From Candidatus Aenigmatarchaeota archaeon (lineage in GTDB: Archaea > Aenigmatarchaeota > Aenigmatarchaeia > Aenigmatarchaeales > Aenigmatarchaeaceae): a stretch of DNA of 64,000 nucleotides. The notes beneath the pieces are model-generated. The model was not told the DNA's origin. It searched no databases and saw only the letters and a list, made by a program, of their open reading frames with translations. The DNA is taken from assembly GCA_043802485.1 (NCBI GenBank), contig JAZDKZ010000006.1, positions 64,001-128,000 on the forward strand. Reading direction: 5' to 3'. The translations under genes and the position numbers were made by a program. Shown in pieces: positions 8,960 to 18,738 of the stretch. How positions within the stretch are numbered: the first letter of the stretch is position 1; every line of letters starts with the position of its first letter.

Positions 8960-9047
8960 TCCTGACAATTTTTATCCGGCTATTTTCACATAAGCATAGG
9001 TCTGTAATTCTGCTAGTTTTGAGTAGCGTGAGAAAACATTAATAACA

Positions 9048-9602
9048 TCACTGGTCAGGATACTCTTCTACCATGTCCTCGTTGTAGACTATCTCCACTC
9101 CCGCTTCCTTGAAGAATTTTCTTGTCAGCTCCCCGTTGTGGTACTTTTTCTGGCATACCACCCTTTTAATTCCGGCGTTGATTATCATCTTGGCGCAGGT
9201 GAAGCATGGCTCGAACTTTACGTAGAGCGTTGCTCCTTCTGTAGATATGCCGTGCAAGGCTGCCTGGACAATGGCATTCTGCTCTGCATGAGTCGTCCTT
9301 ATGCAGTGCTTTGACTGCTTGCCGTCCGGGTTGATCACGTCGTGCATCAGATGACCGACTTCGTCGCAGTGCTTCAAACCTTTCGGCGAGCCGACGTAGC
9401 CTGTGGTAATTATTCTCTTGTTCCTGACAAGGACCGCTCCGTTCCTGCCCCTGTCGCAGGTGCCTCGCGTCCCCACAACCTTGGCTATCTCCATAAAGTA
9501 CTCGTCCCAGGAAGGCCTCTTATATTCTTCCCTCTTTTCTGCAATCAACCTTTCTGCGATTTTGGCAATCTTGTCTTTCAGAAAAAGCTCGTCATCCATC
9601 AA
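9048..9602 (-). CDS. dCMP deaminase (ComEB-like)
   Basis: RPSWDEYFM, HAEQNAI and PCFTC zinc motifs. Confidence 0.93.
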   Translation of the reverse strand: MMDDELFLKDKIAKIAERLIAEKREEYKRPSWDEYFMEIAKVVGTRGTCDRGRNGAVLVRNKRIITTGYVGSPKGLKHCDEVGHLMHDVINPDGKQSKHCIRTTHAEQNAIVQAALHGISTEGATLYVKFEPCFTCAKMIINAGIKRVVCQKKYHNGELTRKFFKEAGVEIVYNEDMVEEYPDQ

Positions 9603-9622
9603 TTGGAATTGACATTGAAATT

Positions 9623-10852
9623 TTATATGTTTTTTGGTCTCTGAACCATTATCACGTCCAGGTTCTTTGGCGTTGCCTCGACGCCCAGAATGCCTGCAAC
9701 AGACGGTTTTGTCCTGCCGCCGTTCCCTGAAACTAGTTCTTTAACATAAAGACCTGCGTCTGTCCTGACCCGCAATTCAAGGGTCTTGCTGCTTATCCTT
9801 TTGTATTTTATCTCCTTGACCCTTCTCTTCCTCACAAGGTCGGCTCTTCTGTGAGCGACCCTTGTAGGGGTTCTTTGTGATATGACTCCTTTGAGCTTGT
9901 ACAGCTTCCTCAAATCCTTTTTGTCAACAGACTTTGAGAATTTAACAGTAACATGGTAGGTCTTGTCACCTCTTTCCGTCTTTACCCTGACAACAGTGTT
10001 CCTGTCGCAGAAACGCACCAGCTTGACATTAACCTTCTTGCTCTTGTTTATCTCCCTTTGCATCTTCCTGATGCTGAACTTTCTTTTCACAGGCTTTTCT
10101 ATCTCTATAACAAACGGTCTCCAGTCAAGGCATCTGGCGTCAATGTCCTCCCTACCGCTTCCGTGGAAGGAGCTCTTCTTGCTCTTTGCAGCTTTCAAGA
10201 GCGGCTTTGCTATTATCTCCTGGACAGACGTCTTGTGCACGCCAGGCGTTCCCCATTTGGACTGGGGTATTCCGCGTTTCAGTTTCTTGTAGAAGCCTAG
10301 AACGTAGAGGGAGCCTATTTCCAGTTCATATCTGTTCTTCTCTAGATTGGCTATGATCAGGATGTCAGGCCTTTTGAACGCTACCGGCTTTTTTACAAGC
10401 TTCTCTATCCTCTTGCCCAATTCACGATTAATCTCGGTCTTGATGGATTCGACATACTCTATGCCATTGATTTCCCATATCTTCTCTTCTCGTTTGTGAA
10501 CCTGGCTGCTGACCTTTGAGCCGACAAGAAAGCTGTTGAATTCCAACTTGTTCATCCTCTTTACGCACTTCTCGGCAAATTTGTCAATGCCATCGAAAAT
10601 GTTAGCGCATACCCAGCATTTTTCCTTCTTTCCTGTTTCTAACTTGTTCCTGAACTTGATGCCTTGGAAGTTGCTCATGTCAATTCCTGCTGGATCGATT
10701 TTGTCGGAGTCTATCATCATTGCTGTAAATAATCTTATCACCTTTCCCCTCTTCTCGCTGGTGAAGCCGCTCAATAAATTTGCGTAGAGCCTGCCAAGGC
10801 AGTGGTCGCAAAGGTTCTTTTCAAAAACTTTTGTGTTAATCATATTAATCAT
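9623..10852 (-). CDS. pus10: tRNA pseudouridine(54/55) synthase Pus10
   Basis: LCDHCLGR, FHGSGREDIDAR, QRTPTRVAHRRAD, GLYVKELVSG. Confidence 0.95.
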   Translation of the reverse strand: MINMINTKVFEKNLCDHCLGRLYANLLSGFTSEKRGKVIRLFTAMMIDSDKIDPAGIDMSNFQGIKFRNKLETGKKEKCWVCANIFDGIDKFAEKCVKRMNKLEFNSFLVGSKVSSQVHKREEKIWEINGIEYVESIKTEINRELGKRIEKLVKKPVAFKRPDILIIANLEKNRYELEIGSLYVLGFYKKLKRGIPQSKWGTPGVHKTSVQEIIAKPLLKAAKSKKSSFHGSGREDIDARCLDWRPFVIEIEKPVKRKFSIRKMQREINKSKKVNVKLVRFCDRNTVVRVKTERGDKTYHVTVKFSKSVDKKDLRKLYKLKGVISQRTPTRVAHRRADLVRKRRVKEIKYKRISSKTLELRVRTDAGLYVKELVSGNGGRTKPSVAGILGVEATPKNLDVIMVQRPKNI

Positions 10853-10881
10853 AATACCACTCTCAATGGTAAATAAATTAT

Positions 10882-11754
10882 ATGTTTAATGTTTTTAATC
10901 AATCTCTAGACGATAAGATGAGAAATTATAGCATAAAAGAGTATAATGAGGTTCTTGAGCTTAGAAAGAAACGATTAACATTCAGAAAAATCTCTAAGAT
11001 TTTGGGAATACCTATGAGTACCATATATATGTGGACTAGAGGCTCTTTGCCTATGAAGCATTCCAAAAAACATAGAGAACACAGAATAAAAAACATAAAA
11101 ATGATTAATGAGAAAAATAGAGGATCAAGAGAAGAAAAATACAATAATTTAAAACGGAAAATTGATACTAATTTTGCGTTCGTCTTAGGTTCTGTTTTAG
11201 GTGATGGTTGCATTAGTTTTACTAAGCGCAATGGTGGTCAGGTTACTCTAATTACTAAAGATAAGGACTTTGCTTTAGATTTTAAGAAATCGTTAGATGA
11301 ATGGAGTTTAATGAAATCTAAATTGATATATTATAGAAACGTATGGCAAGTATGGTCTTATTCTACAGTTATTGCAAAATGCCTAAAATATTATAACCTT
11401 AGCGATATTTTCAGAACAGATGAAAACATTAAATGTTCCTTTCTAAGAGGTATATTCGATGCTGAAGGTAGTGTTGATGTTAAAGGCAAGAAGATAGTTT
11501 TTGCTAACACATCTACAGAAATAACAGAAATTACTAAAATATTATTGGAAGATATTGGAATAGAATGTAAAGTTTACAATAGATTCTCAAATACCAGATA
11601 TATAGAAGGCAGGAAACTTTTTCCTGGCACATACTTTGTAATTCAGATAGGCTCTAGAGAAAATTTGAAAACATACCATGAGAAAGTGGGTTTTTCCATA
11701 AACAGAAAACAAGAAAGATTGGATAAGATTATAAAATCTTATAAGCCTCTTTGA
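10882..11754 (+). CDS. free-standing HTH-LAGLIDADG endonuclease
   Basis: N-terminal HTH (LTFRKISKILGIPMSTIYMW), VLGSVLGDGCI and FLRGIFDAEGSV; AT-rich. Confidence 0.88.
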   Translation: MFNVFNQSLDDKMRNYSIKEYNEVLELRKKRLTFRKISKILGIPMSTIYMWTRGSLPMKHSKKHREHRIKNIKMINEKNRGSREEKYNNLKRKIDTNFAFVLGSVLGDGCISFTKRNGGQVTLITKDKDFALDFKKSLDEWSLMKSKLIYYRNVWQVWSYSTVIAKCLKYYNLSDIFRTDENIKCSFLRGIFDAEGSVDVKGKKIVFANTSTEITEITKILLEDIGIECKVYNRFSNTRYIEGRKLFPGTYFVIQIGSRENLKTYHEKVGFSINRKQERLDKIIKSYKPL

Positions 11755-12314
11755 TCCAGAGCCCAATTTATAATCGATATACAAGAACTGGCAAGATACA
11801 CGTTTTTTCCAATAGATATCTTTTCGCCGTATCGTAAAGCAAAGCTTTCCTCCCTGCTTGGAAGTCCGATTTGGTCTCCTAGTATTATCATAGGGTTCTC
11901 TTTCAGTTGAACTTCGTTGATGGGAGTCCCCTTTTCATGCAGAACATAAACATTGGAGTCAGTCTCCTTGATAATATCCTGGAAGCTCTTCCTTGCTATC
12001 TGCGTTCCATGGACATCAGACCAGTCCTTGCCAAATCTTGTTGACAATAGTTTTTTTATCCATCTTGCATTGGCCTTCTCGTCAACATAGACTTTCAAAA
12101 GCTTGGAGCCGTCGAAGCATATGGTGACAGGAGCTCTTGACGGGCCATTGAGGTTGACATAGAACTTTGTGTCTTCCCTTGCCCTGTGGGACATCCACAG
12201 TGCGGAAGTTATGCACCTGCATACCAGGTCCATCCTACCTGCCTCCACAAGCTTTTCCTCTTCGAACCTGTTGTCGGTCCTTCCCTTTCTAGAATACAAA
12301 ACAAAGGACCTCAT
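11739..12314 (-). CDS. trmY: tRNA (pseudouridine54-N1)-methyltransferase
   Basis: AGRMDLVCRCI, SH..R.D, LHEKG, ILGDQIG SPOUT motifs; near pus10. Confidence 0.9.
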   Translation of the reverse strand: MRSFVLYSRKGRTDNRFEEEKLVEAGRMDLVCRCITSALWMSHRAREDTKFYVNLNGPSRAPVTICFDGSKLLKVYVDEKANARWIKKLLSTRFGKDWSDVHGTQIARKSFQDIIKETDSNVYVLHEKGTPINEVQLKENPMIILGDQIGLPSREESFALRYGEKISIGKNVYLASSCISIINWALDQRGL

Positions 12315-13633
12315 ATCTTGAAACCTTTGAATCTCTTCATCATATTGCCCATCATGCCGCGTTTGCCAGAGAACATCTTCAACACCTTCTTCATCTGCTC
12401 ATAAGTCTTCATCAGTTCCCTGACCTCTGCCTCTGTTGTTCCTGAACCCTTGGCAATCCTCTTTACCCTTGACGGGTTTATCAGCTGCGGGTCCTGCTTC
12501 TCCTGCTTTGTCATCGACTGTATTATGATGGCCCATTTCTTCATCTTGTTCTCCTGCTTGTCAGCGTCAAACCCTTTGGGCATCTTCATTGCCGACATGC
12601 CAGGAACCATGTTCATCATAGAGCTCATCGAACCCATCTTCTGCATGGATTTCAGCTGCTCGTAGAACTCGTCCATGTTGAACTTACCTGTCATTATTTT
12701 TTGAGCAGTTTCCGGTTTGATCTCCGCTTCCTTTGCCTTTTCAAGAAGGCCCTGCATGTCGCCAAAGCCTATCATTCTTGAGATGAACCTCTCGGGGTCA
12801 AAGACTTCGATAGCATCGACCTTCTCCCCAGTGCCTATGAACTTTATTGGCGCTCCTGTCACTGCACAGGATGTCAAAGCACCACCACCTCTGGCAGTTC
12901 CATCCATCTTTGTAAGAAACACGCCTGTTATACCAACGAGCTTCTTGAAACCTTCTGCTTGTTCTCCTGCAGCCTGACCGAGTTCAGCCGGTATTGTCAG
13001 CAATACCTCGTCAGGTTTCACCAAATCTGCCAGCTGCTTCAGCTCCTTTGCCAGTTCCTCATCCAAAGAGCTTCTTCCTGATGCGTCGAAAATAATGATG
13101 TCATATTTCTTGTGCTTGTTCAGCCCGTTCTTCACAATCTCCAGCGGGTCCTTGATGTCCTTCGGAGCGTAACAGGGAACGTGAATCTGCTCTGCCAATT
13201 GCGAAAGCTGGTCCATGGCAGCAGGCCTGTGAACGTCGCAACCGATTAAGGCGGGTCTCAGACCCCTTTTCTGGTAGAACTTTGACAATTTGCCGATGGA
13301 GGTGGTCTTGCCAGAACCGAAAAGGCCCACAAACATTATCCTTCCAGGCTTCAGCATCAGCTCGGTCTTCTCGCCAACGAACTTTACCAGCTCGTCATAA
13401 ACGATTTTGGTGACATGCTCCTTCGGTGTCAAGCCCTTGGGTGGCTTTTCGTTGACAGCTCTGTCCCTTATCTCGTCTGTCAGCTTTTGCGCAAGCTTGA
13501 TATTGACATCCGCCGATACTAGGGCCTTGTAAATATCGCTAGACAAATCCTCGACTATCTTCTTGTCGACATAGCCTGCCTTTGTCAGTTTTCTCAGGGC
13601 ATCCTTTATGCCGCTGCTTAATCTGTCCAGCAT
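12311..13633 (-). CDS. srp54: signal recognition particle protein SRP54
   Basis: GLFGSGKTT, DVHRPAA, TKMDGTARGGGA, Met-rich M domain with SRVKRIAKGSG. Confidence 0.97.
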   Translation of the reverse strand: MLDRLSSGIKDALRKLTKAGYVDKKIVEDLSSDIYKALVSADVNIKLAQKLTDEIRDRAVNEKPPKGLTPKEHVTKIVYDELVKFVGEKTELMLKPGRIMFVGLFGSGKTTSIGKLSKFYQKRGLRPALIGCDVHRPAAMDQLSQLAEQIHVPCYAPKDIKDPLEIVKNGLNKHKKYDIIIFDASGRSSLDEELAKELKQLADLVKPDEVLLTIPAELGQAAGEQAEGFKKLVGITGVFLTKMDGTARGGGALTSCAVTGAPIKFIGTGEKVDAIEVFDPERFISRMIGFGDMQGLLEKAKEAEIKPETAQKIMTGKFNMDEFYEQLKSMQKMGSMSSMMNMVPGMSAMKMPKGFDADKQENKMKKWAIIIQSMTKQEKQDPQLINPSRVKRIAKGSGTTEAEVRELMKTYEQMKKVLKMFSGKRGMMGNMMKRFKGFKI

Positions 13634-13715
13634 AACTAACAGATTAAGTTTTGATTTTTTTAAATCTTGTCTTTGCCTGATATTCAATTATTAATTTATA
13701 GTCTGAATCTATAAT

Positions 13716-14861
13716 ATGGGAAGATTCATTTTCATCAAGGGCAAGAACCCTGTCTTATCCAAGTTGGAGTTGGAGTCATATTTTCAGAGTAGGTGCGTCA
13801 AATATTCAATTGTTGACGATTCAGACGACTTTACCATCATCGACGCTAAAATCGATCCAAAAATGATAGATTCTTTGGGAGGGACCCTTAAGATTGCCGA
13901 GCTGATAACCGAGTGCGAGGATATAACGCCAGAAGCAATGAAAGACGTCGAGAAGATGATAAGCGCTAGGGTCTTTGGTCTGAGCGTCTATGCTGAAAAA
14001 AGGGAGCACGGGATTTACAAGCTGGTCGGAAAGACGCTGAAGGAGAACCTAAGGGAGAACGGGGTCAAGGCCAAATATCTGGGCTTTTCCATAAGCAGAA
14101 GGCCCCAGATGAGCAATGTCGAGCTCATCAAGAGGAAAATCCTGGAGGAGAGCGTTGAGGTTGTTGTGTGTTATTCTGACAGGTTCTACATAGGAGTCAC
14201 CAGAGCTCTGCACAATCCCTTTGAATACCAGAAAAGGGACATGGAGCGCCCTGAGCAGAGGCCCATATTCTCCATACCGCCCAGGCTTGCGAACATTCTC
14301 ATCAACCTTTCAGGGGCAAAGCCCGGCGACTTGTTGTTGGATCCTTTCTGTGGTATAGGCACCATTCTGCAGGAAGCTGCGTTAAGGGGTATGAGGATAG
14401 CCGGCATAGACAAGGACCCGAGTTGTGTGGAGGCTTCGAAGATAAACCTGCATTGGCTTTCCGAAGAGTACAAGCTGGAGATAGACGACGGCATGATAGG
14501 CTTTGGTGACGCGACAAGGCTCAGCGACAACTTTTTGAAAGATTCAGTGGATGCTATTGCTACAGAGCCTTACCTTGGTCCGCCGCTGAGGGGTAGCCAG
14601 AGAGAGAACGAAGTCAGGAAGATATTCAGGCAGCTCGAGCCTATGTACGCAAAGTCTCTGAGGGCCATGGGCAGGATTCTGAAGAAAGGCAAAAGGGTTG
14701 CCATCATATCCCCTTGTATAAGGATGCATAAGGGCAAGGCCGCCCATTTCGAGTTCCAGAGATTGGCAAAGGCTGCCGGCTTCAAGATAATCGAATCGGT
14801 GATTGATGCCGAGAAGAGGCATGTGACCCAGAGGGAAATATTCATCATAGAGAAAAGATGA
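13716..14861 (+). CDS. tRNA (guanine10-N2)-methyltransferase Trm11/TrmG10-like
   Basis: RP...SIPPRLANILIN, LDPFCGIGTIL, TEPYLGP. Confidence 0.85.
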   Translation: MGRFIFIKGKNPVLSKLELESYFQSRCVKYSIVDDSDDFTIIDAKIDPKMIDSLGGTLKIAELITECEDITPEAMKDVEKMISARVFGLSVYAEKREHGIYKLVGKTLKENLRENGVKAKYLGFSISRRPQMSNVELIKRKILEESVEVVVCYSDRFYIGVTRALHNPFEYQKRDMERPEQRPIFSIPPRLANILINLSGAKPGDLLLDPFCGIGTILQEAALRGMRIAGIDKDPSCVEASKINLHWLSEEYKLEIDDGMIGFGDATRLSDNFLKDSVDAIATEPYLGPPLRGSQRENEVRKIFRQLEPMYAKSLRAMGRILKKGKRVAIISPCIRMHKGKAAHFEFQRLAKAAGFKIIESVIDAEKRHVTQREIFIIEKR

Positions 14862-15314
14862 TTAGAAGCTACCCTTGTAACAGTGTTTCAACTTCTTGTC
14901 ATGATTCGTCTTCTCATATTTTTCAATGAATCTTTCCTCGTCCAGATAGTGCTTGCCTTCAATGTAACGGTTCTTGTAATTTTTCACAACAAGATACAGC
15001 TTCTCAAGCTTGGAGAAGAGCTCATCCTTTCTTAGCTCTTCTAGCTTATCAGAATTTTTATCAATCAAGTCAAAGAAATCGATCAATGTCATTTTTTCCT
15101 TCAGAAGGTGAAGCCTTCTTTCTATTGCATCCACAGCAATCTGCTCACAGTAGACATCTCCAGTCAGGTAAAGAATGGCTCTTGCCTCGTTGACTTCATC
15201 CCAGCTGGGGTTTTCCTTGTCCAGTATGTTCTGGTATCTGTTCCAGAGCCTTTCCAGCTCTCCCTCTACTTTTTTCGGCTCCAGCATATATGTATATTTC
15301 ATTAGTTCTATCAT
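14862..15314 (-). CDS. hypothetical helical protein
   Basis: 150-aa ORF co-oriented behind ftsY. Confidence 0.7.
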   Translation of the reverse strand: MIELMKYTYMLEPKKVEGELERLWNRYQNILDKENPSWDEVNEARAILYLTGDVYCEQIAVDAIERRLHLLKEKMTLIDFFDLIDKNSDKLEELRKDELFSKLEKLYLVVKNYKNRYIEGKHYLDEERFIEKYEKTNHDKKLKHCYKGSF

Positions 15315-15326
15315 GGTTCAGACCGT

Positions 15327-16802
15327 TCACTCTAAAAGCTTGTCAACAAGCTTTTCTGCATCGAACTTTTCCAGATCTTCGTACTCTTGGCCTACTCCGA
15401 GGAAGAGTATCGGTTTGTTGATTGTGTGCGAGGCGGATAAGGCTGCTCCGCCCTTTTCATAGACATCAGCCTTTGTGAGTATCATGGCGTCTATGCCAAC
15501 AGCATCGTTAAAGGTTTTGCACTGGTCATAGATGTCGTTGCCTGTCAATGCATCTAATACTAGAATCTTGAGGTCAGGTTTGTTGACCCTTATAATTTTC
15601 TTCAGTTCGTCAACCAGATTGACGTTGGCATGGCTCCTGCCTGCAGTGTCTGCCAGTATCACATCTAATCCCTTTGACTCTGCGTGCTTCACTGCGTCGA
15701 AAATAACAGCTGCAGGATCTGCGCCGTACTTGTGCTTTATCACAGGTATGTTCAGGTTCCTGCCATGCTCTTCCAGCTGCTCGATGGCTGCTGCTCGCCA
15801 CGAATCGGCTGCAGCGAACACGCAGCTGTAACCCTTTTTCTTAAGCATATGGCCTATTCGGGCTATGGAGGTGGTCTTGCCTGCGCCGTTGAAGCCCACG
15901 AAGACCATAAGGAAAGGCTTTTTGGCTTTTATTTTCTTTTCAATATCAAATGTTTCGATGTCTAGAATCTCTAGTATGGATTTCCTGATGGACTCCTTTA
16001 CTATTTTCTCTATTTCCTTTTTCTTTATCGACTTGCCCACCAAGTTAGCTTTCAAATCGTTTGATATCTTCTCTGCCACATCGAGCGCGACATCCGATTC
16101 TATGAGCCCTGTCTTCAAATCTTCAAGCATGTCCTTTACGTCATTCTCTTCCAATTCCTTCTCGGTGACTTTCTTCCTTATTCTCTGCAGGAAGCCCAAT
16201 TTCTTTTTCGGCTTCTCCTCTTCGGTTTTTTTCTTTTCCACAACTCTTGGCTTTTCTTCAGTCTTTTTCTCTTCTACTTTGGTCTTGGGTTTTTCTTCGA
16301 CCTTTTCTTTTTTGACTTCAACCTTAGGTTCTACTTTCTTGATCTCGGGCTTTTCGATAATTTTGACTTTCTTTTCTGGTTGCTTCTCCACAACCTCTTC
16401 CTTTGCCTCTACAATAGGCTCTATCTTTTCCATTGCTTTTTTTATTTCTTCCAGATCTTCTTTGATCTTGTCCAGCTTCTGAATTTCTGATGTCTCCTCG
16501 ACCGGTTCTTCAACAACTTCTTCAGAAGGTTCCTCTTCAATTTCAGCTATTTCTGGTTCAATTTCTTCTTTCACTATTTGTTCAGGCTCTGCTTTTTCTA
16601 TTTCTTCTGTGATAGGTTTTTCTTCAGAAACAGTTTCTTCCTCTGTTTCAGTAATCTCTTCTTCTGGTTGAGCTTCTTCTTCGACTTCCTCGATAACTTC
16701 TTCTATTGGTTGTTCTTCTAGCTGCTCTTCTTCCTTCTGCTTTACCTTCTTAGAAATTTTATCTATTCCCTCTTTCAGCTTCTTTTTAAGAAATCCGAAC
16801 AT
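15327..16802 (-). CDS. ftsY: SRP receptor FtsY with long Glu/Lys-rich N-terminal region
   Basis: GFNGAGKTT, DSWRAAAIEQL, DTAGR, TKAD...GG. Confidence 0.97.
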   Translation of the reverse strand: MFGFLKKKLKEGIDKISKKVKQKEEEQLEEQPIEEVIEEVEEEAQPEEEITETEEETVSEEKPITEEIEKAEPEQIVKEEIEPEIAEIEEEPSEEVVEEPVEETSEIQKLDKIKEDLEEIKKAMEKIEPIVEAKEEVVEKQPEKKVKIIEKPEIKKVEPKVEVKKEKVEEKPKTKVEEKKTEEKPRVVEKKKTEEEKPKKKLGFLQRIRKKVTEKELEENDVKDMLEDLKTGLIESDVALDVAEKISNDLKANLVGKSIKKKEIEKIVKESIRKSILEILDIETFDIEKKIKAKKPFLMVFVGFNGAGKTTSIARIGHMLKKKGYSCVFAAADSWRAAAIEQLEEHGRNLNIPVIKHKYGADPAAVIFDAVKHAESKGLDVILADTAGRSHANVNLVDELKKIIRVNKPDLKILVLDALTGNDIYDQCKTFNDAVGIDAMILTKADVYEKGGAALSASHTINKPILFLGVGQEYEDLEKFDAEKLVDKLLE

Positions 16803-16806
16803 GATA

Positions 16807-17211
16807 TCAACCCTGCATCTCTTGCAGATTTAACTGGAGCTTTTCCAAGCTGCGTATGATAGCCTGAGATTTTTTGGTCAAGTCGTTCGAATCGTTCTCA
16901 GCCTCTGTTATCCTGCTATCCAAAAGAATGATTGCGTCCTCCCTCTTCTTCTTAAGGGCCATGTCGCTTCCGATGCTAACTATTATCTCGTCCATGTTAT
17001 CGACTGTGCCGAAGACAAAGTTGCCGCTACCCATAGGTATCAGCGCCTTGTTGGGCTCTGTTCTCTTGAGGTCGTCCAACGCCTGCCTTGTCCTCTGGAA
17101 CTCGTCTATCTTCTGGCCGATTATATCTGCCCTCTCCTGCAGCATCTTCAAGTTAGATTCAAGAATCTGGAACTGCACTATCTTCTTCTGCATCTCCTGC
17201 TCTTTACTCAT
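16807..17211 (-). CDS. pfdA: prefoldin alpha subunit
   Basis: Coiled coils flanking LIPMGSGNFV...IIVSIGSD hairpins; start reassigned to MSKEQ; eif6-pfdA-ftsY order. Confidence 0.9.
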   Translation of the reverse strand: MSKEQEMQKKIVQFQILESNLKMLQERADIIGQKIDEFQRTRQALDDLKRTEPNKALIPMGSGNFVFGTVDNMDEIIVSIGSDMALKKKREDAIILLDSRITEAENDSNDLTKKSQAIIRSLEKLQLNLQEMQG

Positions 17212-17875
17212 CAGCAAACACTTCCTCAATCCTTCCCAGCTCGGCTCCTGTCGTGACTTCCGAGTACAGGATGCCTTTACTATTAACAATTACTCCAGAA
17301 TTTATATAAGGACTGCCATAGCCGGCTGTCCCGATGTCGACCTTTACCTTTAGTACGCTCTCTATCAGTTTCATCTCCTTCTCGCTGGCCTCCCTATGGC
17401 ACAGGCAGCCAATATTAGAAGCAGCAGCCGCGGAGCCAACTATGCTAAGGCCTGCGACAGTTCCTGTCCCGACCTCGACGCCCAGGACGTCCGATATCTT
17501 GCCCTTGAACCTACTCAGGCCCCTTGATATTATACAGCCCTTGTCGTTGCACAGGATCAGGTTCCCCAAAGCGGTTCTCTTTGAGTTTATCACTTCAATG
17601 TTAAGGCCGAGCATCTTTTTTATTTTTTTCAGCTCGTGCTCCTCTATTATCTTCGGAAGAATTATGCCGTTGGAGTTGCCTGCCACGAAAATCCCTAGCA
17701 ACTCTGTGCCTGAGAGGGACGTGATTTTGGGCTTAAACCCTACTGTTTTCTTTATCGTGTTCAGCATGCTGCTCTGCGGCGTGATGCCTAGAAGGCAGTA
17801 TTTGTCGGTTGCAAAGCCGTACAGACCTATATTCGGATCTCCCTTGAACTTTGCTTTTGAAAATTTGAAGGGCAT
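17204..17875 (-). CDS. eif6: translation initiation factor 6
   Basis: GDPNIGLY, AGNSNG, ALGNLILCNDKG, TTGAELGRIE. Confidence 0.95.
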   Translation of the reverse strand: MPFKFSKAKFKGDPNIGLYGFATDKYCLLGITPQSSMLNTIKKTVGFKPKITSLSGTELLGIFVAGNSNGIILPKIIEEHELKKIKKMLGLNIEVINSKRTALGNLILCNDKGCIISRGLSRFKGKISDVLGVEVGTGTVAGLSIVGSAAAASNIGCLCHREASEKEMKLIESVLKVKVDIGTAGYGSPYINSGVIVNSKGILYSEVTTGAELGRIEEVFADE

Positions 17876-17905
17876 GTCTTGAATTTATCGAAAGAACTAT
17901 TTAAA

Positions 17906-18391
17906 CTATTTCTTTTCCTCTTCTTTTTTGGCGTCTTTCTTTGGCTTCTCGGCTTTGGCTTCTTCTTTCTTTGCCTCTGGCTCTGCTCCAGCTTCGACTG
18001 GCTTGCCCTTGACCTCTTCCTCTATCTCTTCCTGTATGCTCATCTTCTTCCTTTCCTTCCTCTCTTCCTTGATCTTCTCCCTCTTTCCTTTCTTCTTCTC
18101 TTCCTTCTTCTTGATCTCTTCCTTGGAAGGAGTCTTTATCTCGACGCCCAGTAATTCAGAATAAACAGTATCATCTTCCTTCACAGCATGAACCCTTATC
18201 TTTCTCGGCGGGCTCTGCATGCCCCTTTCCCACAGGCCCTCGTTGATGGACTTGCCCAGCTTGACGTTCTCCGACTTCATGTGCCTTATCAGATACTTTC
18301 TCACAAGTTTTGAAGCGTCCTCTGCTCTGTGAACCCTACTCTTGTCAAACGCTTTCTTCAGTGGGATTGTGAATATTTTTTCCTCAGCCAT
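17906..18391 (-). CDS. rpl31e: 50S ribosomal protein L31e with charged C-terminal extension
   Basis: FTIPL...RA...INEGLWERGMQSPPRKIRV. Confidence 0.93.
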   Translation of the reverse strand: MAEEKIFTIPLKKAFDKSRVHRAEDASKLVRKYLIRHMKSENVKLGKSINEGLWERGMQSPPRKIRVHAVKEDDTVYSELLGVEIKTPSKEEIKKKEEKKKGKREKIKEERKERKKMSIQEEIEEEVKGKPVEAGAEPEAKKEEAKAEKPKKDAKKEEEKK

Positions 18392-18434
18392 AACTATAAA
18401 ATGAATGAGAAATATTTAAAGCTTTTATATTACT

Positions 18435-18548
18435 TCAGAAATGTTTATCTAACGGAACACTGATTAGCTTTATTTTTAGTTTGCTTGAATCAATAATGAA
18501 CTCTTCGAAAACCTCTATTGTGTGGTTTTCTGTTGAGATGCTTTTCAT
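18435..18548 (-). CDS. 37-aa micro-ORF (MKSISTENHTIEVFEEFIIDSSKLKIKLISVPLDKHF)
   Basis: AGGAGGT Shine-Dalgarno upstream; absent from ORF track. Confidence 0.45.
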   Translation of the reverse strand: MKSISTENHTIEVFEEFIIDSSKLKIKLISVPLDKHF

Positions 18549-18562
18549 ATTACCGACCTCCT

Positions 18563-18679
18563 TCAATAGTTCATAAAATCCATGATGTTCTCTATCTCCT
18601 CGTCAGGAACAACCTGCAGGAATTCTACAGAACTCAGGATATTTTTTATTTTTTTATTGAAACATATAACTTCTATCAT
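18563..18679 (-). CDS. 38-aa micro-ORF (MIEVICFNKKIKNILSSVEFLQVVPDEEIENIMDFMNY)
   Basis: ATG ORF whose stop abuts the SD of the next micro-ORF. Confidence 0.35.
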   Translation of the reverse strand: MIEVICFNKKIKNILSSVEFLQVVPDEEIENIMDFMNY

Positions 18680-18738
18680 GCTATATTTATAGAGTTGTAC
18701 AAATAATCTATATTACATACACTTTTTTATACACATAG

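Noticed and set aside
15865..18164. Long plus-strand Ser/Phe-rich ORFs opposite ftsY, pfdA, eif6 and rpl31e (and similar shadow ORFs elsewhere)
   Set aside because: Antisense shadows of Glu/Lys-rich real genes with no recognisable motifs
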